Part shown: piece by piece, positions 32,301 through 35,475 of the stretch
Layout of the letters: each line of letters starts with the position of its first letter
Position numbering within the stretch: position 1 is the stretch's first letter
Source: Verrucomicrobiaceae bacterium
GTDB lineage: Bacteria; Verrucomicrobiota; Verrucomicrobiia; Chthoniobacterales; Chthoniobacteraceae
Length of the DNA: 51,777 bases
Direction of reading: 5' to 3'
Assembly: GCA_043728745.1 (NCBI GenBank)
Contig: JAYTMG010000772.1
Span: 1-51,777, forward strand
The notes under the pieces: model-generated
What the model saw: the letters and a program-made list of their open reading frames with translations, nothing else
Told to the model about the DNA's origin: nothing
Databases searched by the model: none
Made by a program: the position numbers and the translations under genes

Positions 32301-33556
32301 GCGGCAGGCACAACGTGAAGATCGAATCCGCACGATTCCTCGATGATCTCGATATCTACGCGGACAACGTGAGCCTACTAACGTCGTCCATCGCGCAGGG
32401 AGTGAACGGTCTCTCGGCGGTGAATGGCAGCGACGACAACGACGTGCGCATCCACGCAATCACCTCATTCACGCAAGGGCGGCGCGCGGGCATCGTCGCG
32501 GGGCGGAACGGCGACATCGTCATCACCGCAAACGAAATCACCCTCGACCCTGCGAGCACCGGGCTCATCCGAGGCTTCGGCGAATTACTCGTGCAACCAC
32601 ACGACGCGACGCGCTCCATCACGCTCGGCGGCGCTGGGCCAGCGGGCGCTTTTGACCTCACGGCCAACGAGTTTAGCGCGCTCGGCGATACATTTTCCCG
32701 CGTCATCATCGGGCGGGAAAATGGAGCGCACGTCATCAATATCACCCGCGACCTAAAGCTCCGCGACACCACGCTCATCCGCACGCCGATGAACGGCGGC
32801 TCCGTGCTCATCGGCTCGGACCTTTCGTCTGTCACGGTACAGACGCTCGGGCGCTCGGACAGCCTGCGTATTGAATCTGCGGGCGACCTCATCATCGGTG
32901 CAAACCTCAAAGTCGTCGGCAGCGGCAGACTCGACTTGCTCGCCGACGTCGATGGAATCAACGGGGGCAACCTCAGCTTTGGCCAGCTCTTCGCGACGGA
33001 CAAAGTGACCCGCACAATCAGCAGCGAAGCGGGTGCCATCCGACTGGAAGGCTTTCACATCGCGCTCGGGCTGGAGGATGCCGCATCGAAGAAACGCGGT
33101 GCAGTCAGCGTCACCTCGAAGACCGGTGACATCACAGCGCAGAGCGGCAGCAGCTTCGCCTTTAGCCATCTTAAAAGCAGCATTTCCACGGGCGGCATCG
33201 CAAGCATTCTCGGCACCGCGCATTTGGACAGCGCATCGTTTGGCGGCGGCACGATCTCCGGAAAACGCGGAGTAAACATCAGCGGCTTCGGAGCCATCGA
33301 AACGGTGGGCACGAAGATCAAAAGCGAGCAACGCATCACGCTCGAAGCCGTCTCCGTGACGAACCGAGCGAAGACCGCAATCACCAGCACGCTCGCCGAC
33401 ATCCAAGTGCTCGGCGATTCCTTGATGGGCCTCGCCATCATCGAAGGAAAAGCCGCGCTCAAAGCGAAGACATCCATCCTCCTTTCCGCAGCCGATGTGG
33501 TGGCCGATCCAAAGGCCATCCTCAAAGCGAAGACCGTCACAATCACCGAACTCTAG
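10952..33556 (+). CDS. Giant surface/secreted repeat protein, C-terminal segment (7,534-codon ORF; biological continuation from about 10973)
   Basis: The frame is uninterrupted with high GC3. It contains beta-helix-like A/T/S/G/V repeats, GGxGADT(I/L) modules, about 20 FG-GAP-like blades, a GGxGxD nonapeptide block, and four 'L(R/Q)P..I(D/T)(I/L)G....LSxxE(L/F)xxLxDGFxxIxIG' modules. It ends ...[10 protein letters not shown]. Confidence 0.85.
   Translation: [7534 protein letters not shown]
10966..10975 (+). other. Frame disruption (one extra nucleotide) joining the two giant ORFs
   Basis: Frame 1 reads ...aat gtc gag tcc acg ggc ggg (N V E S T G G) up to 10971. From 10973 frame 2 reads gct gtc cgg ctg agc gcg ctc ([14 protein letters not shown]). 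That continuation matches neighbouring repeat units such as VESAGKISVTALSDASIDA. The site is a gggcgggcg run. Confidence 0.75.
19130..23221 (+). other. FG-GAP / integrin-alpha-like beta-propeller region (about 20 blades) inside the giant protein
   Basis: Repeated blades follow the pattern FG.(A/S)V(A/D)I.G....(V/I)GAP........GA(A/V)YV(F/Y). Examples are [17 protein letters not shown]...[23 protein letters not shown]...[23 protein letters not shown]...GGVYVY and [17 protein letters not shown]. Confidence 0.75.
24863..25111 (+). repeat. RTX-type (hemolysin-type Ca-binding) GGxGxD nonapeptide repeat block
   Basis: The block reads [83 protein letters not shown]. Confidence 0.8.
26940..30880 (+). 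other. Low-complexity beta-helix-like tract of about 1,300 aa (A/T/G/S/V/L/N/I pseudo-repeats)
   Basis: The sequence is a degenerate run of units such as ...[31 protein letters not shown]..., ...[36 protein letters not shown]..., ...[29 protein letters not shown].... I saw almost no charged or aromatic residues. Confidence 0.55.
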
Positions 33557-33570
33557 ACCCACTAATTTAT

Positions 33571-35475
33571 ATGAGAAACCAACACTCAACTCGTCCATCC
33601 ATCGAAGCCCTCGAAACCCGCATCGCACCGGCTGGCATTGTCGCCATTGCTCTGGACGGCAAGTCCGCGACTTGGACCGATGTCGATGGGGACATTGTAA
33701 AAATGACCGTCTCGAAAGGCGTGCTCGATCCTTCGATGTTCACGACCGACGACTCGTTCGACACGGGACTTCTCGTGGAGAAGATCGACCTCGCAGGCTC
33801 CGCAGCTTTTAGCGGCGCGAAGATCGCCGTGACGACAAAGCGCAATCCGCTCGTCGGCGGGGACGGCACGGTGAACGTCGGCTACATCGACGCAACGGAC
33901 ATTTCACTCGCCGCCGTTACGATTACCGGAGACCTCGGACGGATCGATGCGGGCAATCCTGCCACTCCGACGGTGAAGGCGCTGGGCGCGCTGAAGGTCT
34001 ATTCGCTCGGTGCGCTGGGCGGAGCCACGCTCCCGGATGGCGAGACTCAGACCAGCGAGATTTTTGGCAAAGTCGGCACGATCAATGTGCGCGGCAGCAT
34101 CACGGGCATCCTTTTCAATGTCACCGGCGACACCGCTGGGAGCATCGATTCCATCACGATTGGCGGCTCCCTCATCGGCACTGCGGATGCTGATTCCGGG
34201 CGGATCGCGACGACGGGCGGCATCGGCAAGGTCGTGATCAAAGGCAGCATCATCGGCGATGCCGGGCAGCAGTCCGGGTCCATCGCTGCGCGCGGAATCA
34301 TCAAATCGGTGAATGTCGGCGGCTCGATCTTCGGCGGGCGGAGCGATTCACCTTCGACGGATAGCACCGGCTTGATCCGCAGCGATTCGGCGATCGGCAG
34401 CGTCGTCGTGGCCGGCAGTATTTTCGGCGGCACGCAGCAGGACAGCGGGCTCATCTCATCGGCAGGCGACATCAAATCCGTGAAAATCGGCGGCGGCATT
34501 TTCGGCGGCACGGCGGGCACTTCCAACGGCGGAATATTCGTAGGGGCAAATGCGGGCGCGATCTCAGTGGCGGGAAATCTCACCGGCGACAGCGCCGAAG
34601 AATCCGGCACCATCCGCGTGGACGGAACGCTCGCGTCATTGACGATCAAAGGCAACCTGCTCGGCGGAACGGCAAATCATTCGGGGGCCATCGTCATCGG
34701 CTCGGACGTTGGAAGAATCGTAATCAACGGCAGCGTGCAGGGCGGCGACTTGAGCGATGATGCCGACGGCGACCTCAGCGGCAGCGCGCTCATCCAGGTA
34801 AAGAGCGCCGTGAGCATCACGATCGGCGGTTCGATCATCAGCGGCGCGGACTACAGCTCAGCGGACAAGATCGTGAATAGCGCGACCATCCGGATTGCGC
34901 AGAATATCGGGAAGCTCACGGTGAAAGGGAGCATCCTCGGCAATGTCGAAACGCCCGTCTTTATAACCGCCAGCGGACAGGAGGTGATAGAACTGAACAC
35001 ACACAAGGATTTCGCGTTTGGAAACATCACCGTGGGAGGTTCCGTCCGTCACGCATCCATCCTCTCGGGCTACGGAATCGGTGAAGTCGCCACGGAATCT
35101 GAGGAAAATCCGAATGCACAAATAGGCACCGTTTTCGTGAAGGGAGACTGGGTCGCGAGTAATCTACTTTCCGGCGCACGATGGAGCGATAGTTTTGGCG
35201 ACGGGCTGGATTCAAAAGCCACCGGCGTCGATACCCCGGCAATTACCGCACGCATTTCGTCCATCACCGTTGTCGGGCAGATTATTGGTTCCGCAGATTC
35301 TACGACGGACCAATTCCGCTTTATGGCGCAGGCAATCGACAAGATGACCGTGAGCGGCACTCTCGTCTCACTGGATCTCCGAAAGGGAAATGACAATGAC
35401 CTGCTCGCGCCGCGCTACAACCTCGCCAATACTCTGGATGTGCGGGTCTTTGAGTTCGCCGACGTGGCACCCTGA
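33571..35475 (+). CDS. Beta-helix-like repeat protein (634 aa), co-transcribed partner of the giant gene
   Basis: The ATG lies 14 nt after the giant gene's stop. The N-terminus is MRNQHSTRPSIEALETRIAPAG, with no hydrophobic signal peptide, and is followed by TWTDVDGDIVKMTVSKG. About 15 repeats fit the pattern (I/V)(G/K)S(I/V)x(I/V)xGS(I/L)xGG, for example IDSITIGGSLIG, IGKVVIKGSIIG, IKSVNVGGSIFGG, IGSVVVAGSIFGG, IKSVKIGGGIFGG. Confidence 0.85.
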   Translation: MRNQHSTRPSIEALETRIAPAGIVAIALDGKSATWTDVDGDIVKMTVSKGVLDPSMFTTDDSFDTGLLVEKIDLAGSAAFSGAKIAVTTKRNPLVGGDGTVNVGYIDATDISLAAVTITGDLGRIDAGNPATPTVKALGALKVYSLGALGGATLPDGETQTSEIFGKVGTINVRGSITGILFNVTGDTAGSIDSITIGGSLIGTADADSGRIATTGGIGKVVIKGSIIGDAGQQSGSIAARGIIKSVNVGGSIFGGRSDSPSTDSTGLIRSDSAIGSVVVAGSIFGGTQQDSGLISSAGDIKSVKIGGGIFGGTAGTSNGGIFVGANAGAISVAGNLTGDSAEESGTIRVDGTLASLTIKGNLLGGTANHSGAIVIGSDVGRIVINGSVQGGDLSDDADGDLSGSALIQVKSAVSITIGGSIISGADYSSADKIVNSATIRIAQNIGKLTVKGSILGNVETPVFITASGQEVIELNTHKDFAFGNITVGGSVRHASILSGYGIGEVATESEENPNAQIGTVFVKGDWVASNLLSGARWSDSFGDGLDSKATGVDTPAITARISSITVVGQIIGSADSTTDQFRFMAQAIDKMTVSGTLVSLDLRKGNDNDLLAPRYNLANTLDVRVFEFADVAP

